A DNA stretch of 64,000 bases from the human T2T-CHM13v2.0 reference genome, Homo sapiens, in NCBI RefSeq assembly GCF_009914755.1, contig NC_060948.1; one strand, given 5' to 3'. Made by a program: the position numbers and the translations under genes. Below, piece by piece: positions 30,107 through 43,613 of the stretch; within the stretch, counting starts at the first letter, position 1, and each line of letters starts with the position of its first letter. The notes beneath the pieces are model-generated. The model was not told the origin of the DNA. It did not search any database and was given only the letters and a program-made list of their open reading frames with translations.

Positions 30107-33100
30107 GTTGGGCAGCTCCTGTCGCTGTGTGGTTCTGCAGGAATCCTAATCTGCAAGAGACCAACACCAAGAAACACAGGGGAACTGTACCTAGAAATTA
30201 CAGTGGGACAAGTTTCAAAAAGACTCACGCCTACAATGCCAGACCTGAGGATTCCTGTGTATACTTTTGGATCCTTTGGGATTTCACAGTATATTCCTGG
30301 AGCTGTGGTTGATGTTTCTCCAGGCTAGGATCATGGGACAATCCCATGGATACCACGGAGACTAGTGCCTGTGCATTCATGAGGAAGGATCAGGCACCTG
30401 TCTCTCAGAGCTGTCAGCCTGCTTAAGCAGAGGAAAATGGTACAGGCAGAGCTGGCCTGGCATGGCCAGAAAAACTGCCTGTGATAACCCACGGCCAGAC
30501 CCAAAAAGTCTAGACCATAGGACTGTTTTGGGCAGTCTCCGGGGTCAAGTTCTGCTGAAGGAGTTGTTTTGAGACTGTGAACTGTCTTTGCAACCTGCAC
30601 CTCTGCCTTCATTCCCCAGAGAGGCTGTGTGCAAGATTCCATTCCCATGGGGATTGGAATATGTCTGGTTAGTTTTTGATGGGTCCTTTGGTGATGGAAC
30701 CATAACTGAGACCCAAGAGGCAGATGTCAGCAAAAGATGGCCAGCCCCTTGATTTCACTGCCTCCCTTCATCCTGGACCTCACAGAGACTCTTGGGGAGA
30801 GATAGGAACCACAACAAAATCAAGTCCAAGATAAAGTGTTTGCACACCTCAAACTGGCCTCTCACAGGTGCAAATGAGGTTGAGACACCATATCAGAGGC
30901 CGTCTGTGGCAACTGCAAGCCAGAAAAATTGTGTCCAGTAGGGCTGATGCAGAGCAATGTGGGCCTCCCATGAAAGCAAACATAAATGAAGGCTCACCTG
31001 AGAGAACAAGCTGACTTGTGCGGGAGTCTAAGCAATGTTGAAAGATTTTTGCCAGAGGATTTAAAAGCCTCCTGCAAATGCCAAAAAACATCAGCCCCCA
31101 CAAGGAGACCATGGCCCACAACCTACAGCATAGTCAGCATAGAAAAAATCCTTTTTGGTTCCTGAAGTTTTTGGCAGCCAAATGATTTGTAGCAAGAAGC
31201 AGTCCCATTCAGCAAGAGCCAATGAAAGATCCACTCCACATCGTGGAAGGACTTGCAGATGAAGTAAAACAGAGCCAAGATTACCAGGCAAATACATACA
31301 TGGCTGCCTGCTTCTTATCCTACAGGAATCATGTAGCCCTTTGATAAAAGTGGGAGAACAAGGTTTTTCATGTTGGCGGCTGTATCGGGAATTTACGCTT
31401 TAAAAATATCACAGCTGCCCGGTCATTAAAACGTAACAGAGTTTAGAAAGAAACACTCAAGCAATGGATTCCCATGAGGGTTGTCCTCCATGAACTGGGA
31501 AATTTTAGTGTGGAAGACATGGAGGAAGACCCAGGAAACCATTGGCTGAAAAGGAACATGGAAGTCAGGAAAAGAAGAGGCAAGTGTGGAGGCCACAGAC
31601 CACCCAGCATCAATCAATCACACTCTCATTTGGCTCCAGGTATGAAAGCCCTCACATTGAGGGTTTGCCAGAATGGGCCCAGTTTGTAATGTTCCCTGAA
31701 CATTGGAGTACTTTCACCTGAACTCTGGGCTAAGGAGTTGAAGGCACGTTCCATGCCATTTTTCTTCATTTTATTTGCAGGTGATGTTGCAGAACCCCAT
31801 GTACCCCTCACCAGAATGTATCCTCACGCCTAAATGACCTTATTGCTGCTCACAATTTATGTCCCAGGTTGAGATCCCAAAATGATGGCGAATTGCCCCC
31901 CAAAGATGTGAATCACCTGATCGGCTAGGAACAAAACTCAAGGTAAATTCAAGTGGCCCTTTGGACAGGACTGCTTGTGTTTCTCCCTGGGTTGGCCACA
32001 GGACAATGAAACATTTGGAGATGTCTCTTTTCTAGAAAAGCTCCTCTTCTTTCTAGAAGAGTGGCTTTTTTGGCACACACAGTGCCGCGCACACACACAC
32101 ACACACACTCAGATATCCTAGACTACAACACTCCCACAGAAACACACAGCCCAGCAGCCACTGAAGTTGTGTTGTTGTGCAGGCAGCACCACCTGGAAGA
32201 GAGCCCTATAGCCCAAGCAGAGCCAAACGGACATGCCACCAAGGGTTGGGAGACTCAAAAAAATAAAAAAAAGGAAGTGCTAAAGTGCATTAGCAACATT
32301 CCTTTAAGTAGACTCCACTTACAGTCACACACACACAAACACACAATCGTACACACATAGTTATCCACCAGAAAGGTTTGGAGACTAAAAAAAGAAAAAA
32401 AGATGAAGAAGTGCTGAAGTGTTTTAGCCTCATTATTTTAAGTACACTCCACTTACAGGAACACACATACAGAAATACACAATACCACACACAAAGGCAG
32501 ACAAGCAACATCACAACACTTCCACAGAAAAACAAATTCCAGCACCAACTTAGGCTGTGTGGTTCTGCAGGGATTCCCACCTTGGGGAGAGTAACCCCAA
32601 GAAATACAGGCAGGCTGTACTTCACAGTGGGGCATGTTTCAAAAAGATTCCCTTCTACAACATCTAGGTAGGCCTGAGAAATCCTGCAGATCCTTTTGCA
32701 TCCTTAGGGATTTTGCAGATTATTTCTGGGGCTGTGCTTGACCTTTCTACAGGCTGGCTCACATCTGCCCTCTCCTAGCATCATGAGACAATCACGTGGA
32801 TACCACAGAGAAGACAGGCATGAGTCCACCGATGACACACCTCCAAGGAGGTCTCCTTCTCCGCCAAGCCACAGGGACTTTTTGCTAGGCAATTGTGACA
32901 TTCATTGTGATTCTAGCCAGAGCTCACAATCAGGCCTGATTCTGTGAGACTAGCACACATGCATTCATGAGGCAGGTCAAGCAGCCAGCTGTCAGAACTG
33001 TCAGCTTGCCTAAGCAGAGGTAAATGGAACAGGTAGAGCCAGCCTGGTATCAAGAAAAAGGCTGTCTCTGAAAACCCACTGCAGGATGCTAAATGTCTCA

Positions 33101-34891
33101 ACCTCAGGGCCCCTTCGGGTCATCTCTGTGGTTGGATCCCGGTGGAGGAAGAGGCATTTTGAGGCAGTGAGCTGGTCACTGTCCATTCCAGAAAGAGGGT
33201 ATGTGCAAGAATCTGGTCCCCTGGGGATAGGAATGTGCTTGGGTGTATTGTTGAGGGTTCCTTGGGCGATAGAATCATACCTGAGTATCTAGAGGCAGGT
33301 GTTAACAAAAGACAGCAGTGCTCTTGACCTCACTGCCTTCCTTGATCCTGGGCCTCACAGGGGCTCATTGTGAAAGACAGGAGCAACAACAAGGGCAAGG
33401 TGGAGCAGTGTTCTCATATCTTGGACTGGGCTTTCACCCATGAAGGTGAAGTTGAGACAGGGTCTCAGCGGCCATCTGTGGGGATGGTAAGCCTGAAAGT
33501 GGTGTCCTGTTGTGCTGTTGAGGGGCACTGTGAACTCCCCTGGAAAGCAAAGACAAATCAAGGCATACCTGGGAGAATGAGCTGCCTTGTTCCGCGGTCC
33601 AGATGATGTTCATGATTCCTGTCAGAGGACCCAAAATCCTCTTGCAATTTGGAAACCACATCAGTTTCAACAATGAGACAAGGACCCACCTCCTTGAGCA
33701 TAGGCAGACTACTTGAAGTCCCATTTGCTGTTTGAAATCACTGGCAGCTAATCTGTGGCCAGAGGCAGTCTCATCTAGCAATAGCCTAATGAAAGAGCCC
33801 TTCCATGATGAGAAGCCCGTCCAGATGAAATGAAACAGAGGATAGATTACCAGGCAAAAGCAAGACATGGCTAAGTGCTCATCCTACAGGAATTATGCAG
33901 CCCTCCAATAGAAGTGGGAGTTTCCTTGGTGGTGGTGGTGGTAATGGGAATTTATGATTTTAAAAGTATCAAAGCTGCCCAGTCATTAAAACTTGACAGT
34001 GTTTAGAAGGAAACACTTATGCAATGGATTCCCATGATAATCATTCTCCATGAACTGAGAAACGTTTAGTGTAGAAGTGGTTGAGCCATACCCAGGAAAC
34101 CCTAGGCCAACAAGAAACATGGAAGTCAGTGAAAGAAGAGGCAAGTCTGGAGGCCACATCCCACCCAGCATCCATCAATTCCACTCCCATTTGGCTTTGA
34201 GTATGAAAGCCCTCAAATCGGGAGTTTGCCAGGTTGGCCCCAATTTGCAGTCCAAATATTTTTTGCACATTGGAGTACTCTCACTTGAACACCGAGCCAT
34301 GTTGTTGTCTGCTTGTGCAATTAAGGGAATGCGGGGATGGAGTTGGAAACACATTCTGTGTCACCTGTCTTCACTATTTTTACAGGTGTAGTTGTGGGAC
34401 CCCATCCACCCTGACCAGATTGTATCCTCATCCCTATTTGACCTTATTGCTGCTCACTCTCTATGTCCCAGTATAAAATCCCAAGACTGTGGTGGAGTGC
34501 CCCCTCATGACATAAAGCACCTCCTCAGGTGGGAAACAAATTTGAGGTAAATTCAAGTGGCCCTGCAGACAGGACACTTAATGTCTCTCCCTCGTTTGGC
34601 CAAAGGACAGACAATGAAACACTGGGCAATATCTCATTTTTGGTGTGACGTGCTCCTCTTCTTTTTAGAAGATTGGCTTTTTTTGGTACGGAGAGATGAC
34701 TTGGACACAGACATCTCTCGACCTGCCTCCCAATTGACTGCGGATTTATGATCTTCCAAAAAATAAAGAACACAGGGACCCATAACCCAAGCAGAGCCAC
34801 ACAGCCAAGCCAACAAAGTGTTGGAAGAAAAAAAAAAAGAAGAAGCTCAGAAGTGTGTCAGCCACATTATTTTAAGCAGAGCCACTTACAG

Positions 34892-34892
<1 letters not shown>

Positions 34893-34926
<34 letters not shown>
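34893..34926. repeat. (CA)17 microsatellite expanded from the monomer's CA-rich block
   Basis: Uninterrupted CA run read directly from the sequence. Confidence 0.9.
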
Positions 34927-34930
<4 letters not shown>

Positions 34931-37900
34931 CGATGCCAAAAACACACACAGACATCCAACACTCACAACACTCCCACAGAAAAATACAGCCTGGCAGCAC
35001 CTGAGACTGTGTGGTTCTGCAGGAATCCCGACCTAGGAGAGAGCAACCCCAACGAACACAGGGCAACTGTACCTAGAAATCATTGTGGGACAAGTTTCAA
35101 AAAGACTCACCCCTAAAACTTCTTGGCAGGCCCATGAAATCTTGCAGACATTTTTGGATTCTTAGGGTTTTCAATGTTTATTCCTGGGATCAGCTTTACC
35201 TTTCTTCATGCTGGTTCACATCTACCCTATCCTAGGGTAATGAGACTATCCAGTAAATCTCACAGAGAAGACAGGTGACAGTCCACTGCCCACACAACTA
35301 CATAGAGGTCTTCTTCTCTGGCAAGCCACGGGCATTGTAACTAGGCAATGGTGACATTTATTGTGATGCTAGCTAGAGCTCACAATCAGGCCTGGTATCC
35401 TGAGAGTAGCCCATGCACATTTTAAGGCAGGCTCAGGTAACCAACTCTCAGGGCTGTCATCCTGACTAAGCAGAGGAAAATGGTACAGGCAGAACTGAAC
35501 TAGGGTGGGATAAAAGGCTGCCTGAGATAACCCACTGCCTTACCCAAAAGGTCTAGACTCTAGAGCCCTTTTGGGCAGTCTCCATGGTCAGGTCCAACTG
35601 AAAGAGGAGTCATTTTGAGACTGTGAGGTGGTCGCTGCAATCTGCTCCTCTGTCTCCATTCCAAAAAGAGACTGTGTGTAAGAGTCTGCTCTCTTGGGGA
35701 TTGGAATACCATCTGGTGAGTCTTTGAGGTGTCTTTGGGTAATGAAATCATCACTGAGACCTAAGAGGTGGGTGTCAGCAAGAGATGGACAGGCCCTTGA
35801 CCTCACTGCCTCCCTGCATTCTGCTTATCTCAGGGGCCCTCAGGGAAAGGCAGGAACCATGACAAAGGCAAGTCAAAAATAAAGCATTGTTCTCACACTT
35901 CAAACTGGCCTCTCACGGGTGTAGATGAGATTGAGACATTGTATCAGAGGTCGTCTGTGGCAATTGCAAGCCAGAAAATGGTGTCCAGTAGTGCTGATGA
36001 GGTGCAAAGTGGACCCCCCATGAAAGCAAAGAAAAATGAAGGTTTGCCTGAGAGAACAAGTAGACTTGTGTGGGAGTTCAAGCGATATTCAAAGATTTTT
36101 GTCAGAGTACCCAAGAGCCTCCTGCAAAGCATAAACAACATCGGCTCCCCAACAAGGAGACCACAACACACAACGTGGAGCATAGCCAGTCTACACAAAG
36201 TTCTTTTTGCTTCCTGAAATTTCCGGCAGCCAAAAGATCTATAGCGAGTGGCAGTCCGATCCAGCAAGAGCCAATGAAAGATCCACTCCACAGTGAAGAA
36301 GGACATGCAGATGAAGTGAAACAAAGCCAAGTTTACCAGGCAAATGCAGAATGGCTGCCTGCTTCTCCTCCTACAGGAATCATGCAACCCTATGTTAAAA
36401 GTGGGAGAACAAGAATTTCCATGTTGGCAGCTGTAATGGAAATTTAAGCTTTTAAAATATCACAGCTGACAACTCATTAAAACATGACAGAGTTTAGAAA
36501 GAAACACTCATGCAATGGATTTCCATGAGGGTCTTCCTCTGTGAACTGAGAAACTTTTGGTATGGAAGATGTGGATCCAGACCCAGAAAACCTTAGGCTG
36601 AAGAGGAATATGGAAGGCAGAAAAAGAAGAGCAAGTGTATAGGCCACATACCACCCAGCATCAATCCATTACACTCTCCTTTGGCTCTGGGTATGAAAGC
36701 CTGCACATCAGGAGTTTAAAAGGATGGCCCCAGTTTATACTTGAAATGTTCCCTGCATGTTGGAGTACTTCCAGCTGAACACCTGGCTATGGAGTTGGAA
36801 GCACCTTCTGGGTCATCTGTCTTCTTTTTTTTTTTGCAGGAGATGTTGTGAGACCCCATGCACTGCTCACCAGATTATATCCTCAACACTACCTGAACTT
36901 ATTGCTTCTCATTATGTTCGAGGATGAAATTTCAAGGCAATGCTGGAGTGGCCACTCACAACATGAAGCACATGCTTGGCTGTGAACCAAATATGAGGTA
37001 AATTCAAGCAGCTCTGAAGACAGGACTGCTAGTGTTTCTCCCCGGGTTCACCACAGGACAATGAAACACTGGGAGATGCCTTATTTTTGGTGTGGTGTGC
37101 TCCTCTTCTTTCTAGGAGAGTGGCTTTTTTTGCAGGGGGAGGTGACTTAGATGCCAGCATATTTCGACTTGCCTCCCAATTCACTGCAGATTCATGATCC
37201 ACAGAAAAATAAAGACCATGAAGCCCTGCAGCCCAAGCAAAGCCACAATGACCACACAACAGAATGTTGGGAGATTCGAAAAAGAAGTGCTGAAGTGCAT
37301 TAGCCACATTATTTTAAGCATACTCCACTTACAGGCACATACACACACACACACAATGCCACACACACACACAAACAACACTCACAACACTCCCACAGAT
37401 AAACACACACTGGCAGCTACTGAGGCTGCATGGTTCTGCAGGAATCCCCACCTTGGAGAGAGCAACCCAAAAACAATCGGGATATACTTAGAAATCACTG
37501 TGGGGCAAGTTTCAAGAAGACTTACCCCTACAATGTCTAGGCAGTCCTGAGGAATCCTGCAGATCTTTTGCATCCTTGGGGATTTTGTGGTTTATTCCTG
37601 CGGCTCTGCTTGACGTTACTTCAGGCTGGCTCACATCTGTACCCTCCTGGGAACATGGGATTATCTCATGGATCCCACAGAGAAGACAGGCAACAGTCCA
37701 AAGCCAACACACTTCCATGGAAATCTTCTTCTCCAACAAGACACAGGGACTTGTTGCTAGGCAATGGTGACATGTATTGTGATGCTAGCCAGAGCTCAGA
37801 ATCAGGCCTTGTGCCCTGAGACTAGCACATGCACATTTGTGAGGGAGGCTTAGGTACTGTGCTGTCAGAGCTGTCACCCTATCTAAGCACAGAAAAATGG

Positions 37901-40900
37901 TACAGGCAGAGCAAGCCTGGTATCAAAAAAAAAGGCTGCCTGCAAACCTCCACTTCAGGACCCTAAAACTGTCAAACTGATGGACTCTCCAGTCCATCTT
38001 GGTGATCGGGTCATGCCAGAGGCAGAAGCTTTATGTTACTGTGAGGTGGTCACAGGAAACTGCTCTTGTGACTCCATTCAGGAAAGACCTATGTGCAAGA
38101 ATCGGGTCCAGCGGGGATTGGCATATAATCTGGTGTGTTGTTGAGGGTTCTTTTGGTGATAAAATAATACCTCAGATCCCAGAGTTGGGTGTTAGTGAAA
38201 GATGTCCAGGTTCTTGACCTCACTTCCTCCCTTTATTCTGAGCCTCACAGGGCTCTCTGGGAAAAGCAGGAACCAAGACAAAGGCAATTCCAAGTTGGAG
38301 TGGTGTTCTTGTACCTCGGATTGGCCTCTCACTAGTGCATATGAGTATAGACAGTGTCTCAGAGGCTGTCTGTGGTGATGACAAGCCTTTAAATGGTGTC
38401 CAGTAGTGCTGTTGATGGGCACTGTGGATTCCCTGTGAAAGCAACAGAAAATCAAGGCTCACCAGAGATCAAGCGGTCTTGTGCTGGAGCCCAAGTAATG
38501 TTCAATGATTCCTGTCAGAGGACCCAAAACCATCCTCCAAAGTGCAAACATCCTCAACCCCCAAAAAGAGACAACAACCCAAAACCTGGAGTGCAGCCAG
38601 AATAGCCAATCTTTTTTATGGTCTCTCAAATCCCTGGCCACTTAATAATCTATGGTGAAAAGCAGTCCAATCTGGCAACATCCCAGTGAAAGAGCCCCTC
38701 CACAATAAGAAGGCCATGCAGATGACATGAAACAGAGGCTAGATTACCAGGAAAATGAAGACACTGCTGCCTGTTTCTCATCCTGCAGGAATCACGCAGG
38801 CCTCTGATAGAAGTGGAAGAATAAGAGTTTTCTTCTGGATGGCTTTAATGGGAATTTATGGTTTTAAAACTATCAAAGCGTCCCACTCATTAAAACATGA
38901 CAATGTTTAGAATAAAACACTCACAAATGGATTTCCATGAGGATAATTCTCTATGAACTGGGAAACTTTCTGTATGTGTGCTCCCTTTCTGTCTAGAAGA
39001 GGGGGTTAGAGTGGTTTTTTTGTTTGTTTGTTTTTTTGTTTTGTTTTTGCAGGTGGAGGTTATTTGGATGCTGAAACATTTTGGCATGCTTCCCAATCCA
39101 CTGCAGACTCATGAATGATTCACAGAAAAATAAAGAACACTGAGCAATACAGCCCAAGCCAAGCCACACAGACAGGCCACCAAAAGGTTGGGATACAAAA
39201 AAATGAAAGAAAGAAATGCTGTAGTGCCTTAGCCACATTCTTATAAGCAGACTCCACTTACAGTAACACATGCACAAACACACACAAACCCAATGCCACA
39301 CAGACACACAGACATCAAACACACAGATATCCAACACTCACAACACTCCCACAGAAACACACAATCCAGGATCCCCTGAGGCTCTGTGGTTCTACAAGCA
39401 AACGCAGGCAGTCTGTAGTTAGAAATCACAGTGGTGCAAGTTTCAAGAAGACTCATCCCTACAATGTCTAGGCAGGCCAGAGGAATCCTGCTGATCTTTT
39501 TGGATCCTTAGGGATTTCATGGTTTATTCCTGGAGCTGTGCTTCAGGTTTCTTCAGGCTGCCTCATGTCTGCCCTCTCCTAGGATCATGGGACTATCCTG
39601 TGGATCTCACAGAGAAGACAGGCGATAGTTCACTGCTGACGCACCTCTACAGAAGTCTCATTCACCAAGCTGAAGAGACTTGTTGCTAGGTAATGGTGAC
39701 ATTTATGCTGATGCAAGCCAGAGTTCACAATGAGGCCTGGTGCCCTGAGGATAGTGCATGCACATTCGTGAGGCAAGCTGGGGAGCATGGCTGTCAGAGC
39801 TATCAGCCTGCCTAAGTAGACAATAATGGTACAGACAGAGTTGTCCTGGTATCAGGAAAAAGGCTGTCTGCAAAAACCCACTGAAGCACACTAAAACTCC
39901 CGACCTCAGGGACCCTTCAGGCCATCGTGGTGGTTAGGTTCTGCTGGAGGAGGAGGCATTTTGTGACTGTGAGGTGGTCGCTAGAAACTACTCTTCAGAT
40001 TCCATTCCCAAAAAAGGCTGTGTGCAAGTATTGGGTACCATGGGGATTAAAATATAGTCTGATGTGTTCTTGAGGGTGTTTTGTGTGATAGGATCATACC
40101 TGAGACCCCAGAAGTGGGTGTCATGAAAAGATGGTCGGACTCTTAACCTCACTGCCTCCCTTCATCTATGACCTTGCAGGGGCTCTCAAGGAAAGACAGA
40201 AACTACAACAAAGGCAAGTCAAAGTTGGATCACTGTTCTCACACCTCATACTGCCCTCTCTTGGGTGAAGACGAGGTTAAAACAGTGTCTCAGAGGCCAT
40301 TTGTTGGGATAGCAAGCCTGAAATGGGTGTCCAGTAGTGCTGTTAAGGGATAATGTAGATTCCTCATGAAAACAAAGAAAAATCAAGTCTCACCTAAGAG
40401 AACGAGCTGCCTTGTGCTGGAGTCCAAGTAGTGTTCAGTGATTCCTGTCAGAGAACACAAAAGCCTCTTGCCACGTGCAAATATTCTCAGCCCCCACAAC
40501 AAGACAATGATAGGGAGTGTAGTCAGAGTACCCAATGTCCCTTTTGCTCTCTGAAATCCCTGGCAGCTAAATAATCCCTAGCCAGAAGCAGTCTCATCTA
40601 GCAACAACCCAATGAAAGAGACCCTCCACAAGAAGAATGCCATGCAGATGAAATGAAACAGAGGCTAGATTACAAGGAAAAAGACAAACACGGCTGCCTG
40701 CTTTTCATCCTGCAGGAATTATGCAGCACCTCGATAGAAATGGGAGAACAAGAGTTTTCTTATTGGTGGCTGTAATGGGAATTTACAGTTTTAACAATCT
40801 CAGAGCTTCATAGTCATTAAAACGTGACAGTGGTTAGAAGAAAACACTCAAGCAATGGATTCTCGTGAGGGTCGTTCTCCATGAACAGGAAAATATTTGT

Positions 40901-43574
40901 TGTGGAAGTTGTTGAGCCAGACCCAGAACACAGGCAAGAGTTCAATGCTAACGCACCTCCACGAAAGTCTCCGTCTCTGCCAAGCCTCAGGGACTTCTCA
41001 GTATGCAACAGTCACAGTCATTGTGATGCTAGCAAGGTCTCACAATCAGTCCTGGTGCCCTGAGTCTAGCGCATGCACATTTGTGAAACAGGCTCCGGTG
41101 CCCATTTGTCAGAGCTATCAGTCTGCCTAAGCAGAGAAAAATAGTACAGGCAGAGCGAGCTTGGTATCAGAAAAAGTCGTGACTGCAAAAACCCACTGCA
41201 GGACCCTAAAAGTCTTGATATCAGGGCCCCTTCGGGATGTCTCCATGGTCAGTTTTTGTTAGAGAAGAAGGCATTTTGAGACTGTGAAGTGGTCACTGGA
41301 AACAGCTTTTCTGACTGCATTCCCAAAAGAGAATATGTGTACAAGAATCAGGTCACATGGGGATTGCAATATAGTCTGGTGTGTGGTTGAGGATTATTTG
41401 AGTGATAGAATCTTACCTGAGACCAACCCCAGAGGTGTGTATCAGCAAAAGATGGCCGAGTTCTTGACCTCACTGCCTCCCTTCATCTTGGGACTAACAG
41501 GGGATCTCTGGGAAAGGCAGTTACCATGACAAGGCAAGTACAAGGAGGAGCAGTGTCCTCACGCATTGGACTGGCCTCCAATGGGTGCAGATGAGGCTAA
41601 GACAATGTCTCCGAGGCCATCTGTGGTTATGGCAAGCCTGAAAAAGGTGAATATTAGTGCTGTCAATATTCACTGTGAAATACCCATGAAAGCAAAGAAA
41701 AATCAAGACATTTCTTAACAGAATGAGCTGCCTTGTGCTGGAGTCCAGGCAATGTTCAGTGATTCCTGTCAGATAACTGAAAACTCTCCTGCAAAGTGCA
41801 ATCTTAGCCCCTCAATAAGGCAACCACCCACAACCTGGATGGCAGGAGCCTGCCCAAAGTCCCTTTTGCCCTCTGAAATCCGTGGCAGCTAAATAATCTG
41901 TGGCAAGAGGAAGTCACATCGAGAAACAGCCCAGTGAATGAGCTCCTCCACAATGAAAAGGCTGTGCAGATGAAATGAAACAGAAGCTAGATTACCAGGC
42001 AAAGGCCAGACATGGATTCTCATCCTATAGGTATTATGCAGCCATTCGATAGAAGTGGGAGAAAAAGAGTTTCTTTGTTGGCAGTGGTAATGGGAATTTT
42101 CAGTTTTAAAATATCAAGCTTCCCAGTTATTAAAACATGACACTGTTTAGAAGGAAACACTCAGGCAATGGAGTCCCATGAAGATCATTCTCTGTGAACT
42201 GGGAAAGCTTAAGTGTGGAAGTTGTTGAACCAGTCACAGGAAACTCTAGGTGGATGAGGAACATAGAAGTCAGAAAAAGAAGAAACTGTGGAGGCCACAT
42301 CCCACCCAGAATCAATTCATTCCATTGCATTGGTCTCCGAATATGAAAGCCCTCAAATCGGGAGTTTGCCAGGATGGCCCCAATTTGCACCCCAAATGTC
42401 CGTTGCCCGTTGTAGTATTCCCACCTGAACACCATGCCATTGTGTATACTGCTTGTGCAATTAAGGGAATGAGGGGATGAAGTTGGAAACACGTGCTTTA
42501 AACACTGTCTTTATTTTTATTGCAGGTGTAGTTACAGGGCCCCAACCACCTTTCACCAGATTGTATACTCACCTGTATCTGACCTTATTGCTACTCACAC
42601 TCTAGGTCCCAGGATAAAATCCCAACATGATGGAGGAGTGCCCCCTCATTATGTGAAGCACCTGCTGGGCTTGGAACCAAATTCAGTGTAAGTTCAAGTG
42701 GCCCTGTGGAGAGGACTGCTAGTGTCTCCCCCTGTATTTGCTGCAGGAAAATAAAACAGTGAAAAATGTCTGGTTTTTTTGTTGTGGTGTGCTCATCTTC
42801 TTTCTAGAAATGTAGATTTTTCTGCAGGGGGAGGTGATTTGGATGCCAGCGGGATTTGGCCCACCTCCCAATTCATGTGAGATTCATAATTCACAGAAAA
42901 ACAAAGCACACAAAGCTTTGCAGGCTAAGCAGAGACACAGACAGGCCACCAAAATGATGGGAGGCTCAAAAAAAAAAACACTGAAGTTTTTTAGCCACAT
43001 TGCTTTAAGCAGACTACATTTACAGGCTCTCACACACACACTTACAAACACACACAGAAATACACAATGCCACACACACACAGAGACATCCAACATTTGC
43101 AACACTGCCACAGAAACACACAGGCCAGCAGCTCCTGAGGCTGCGTGGTTCTGCAGGTATCTCCACCTGGGCCAGAGCAACCTTGAGGAACACAGGCAGG
43201 CTGTACCTAGAAATCACAATGGGGCAAGTCTCAAAAAGACTCACCTCTACAATATCTAGGCATATCTGAGAAATGTTGCAGATGTTTTTGGATCATTAGA
43301 GATATTGTGGTTTAGTCCTGGGACCCTTCTTGACGTTACTACAGGCTGGCTTATGTATGCCCTCTCCTACTCTCATGGGACAATCCTGTGGATAACACAG
43401 AGAAGACAGGTGAGAGTTCATGACTGATGCACCTCCACAGAAGTCTCCTTCTTTGCCAAGATGCAGGAATTTTCACTAGGCAATGGTGAAATTCATTGTG
43501 GTGCTAGTTAGAGCTCACAATCAGGCTTGGTGTCCCAAGAGTAGTGCATGCTCTACAGCATGTGCTCTACAGCA

Positions 43575-43613
43575 TGACAGCTCTAACAGCAAGCCCTGCT
43601 GTTAGAGCTGTCA
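43575..43613. repeat. Perfect 17-bp inverted repeat with 5-nt spacer
   Basis: TGACAGCTCTAACAGCA-agccc-TGCTGTTAGAGCTGTCA. Confidence 0.95.
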
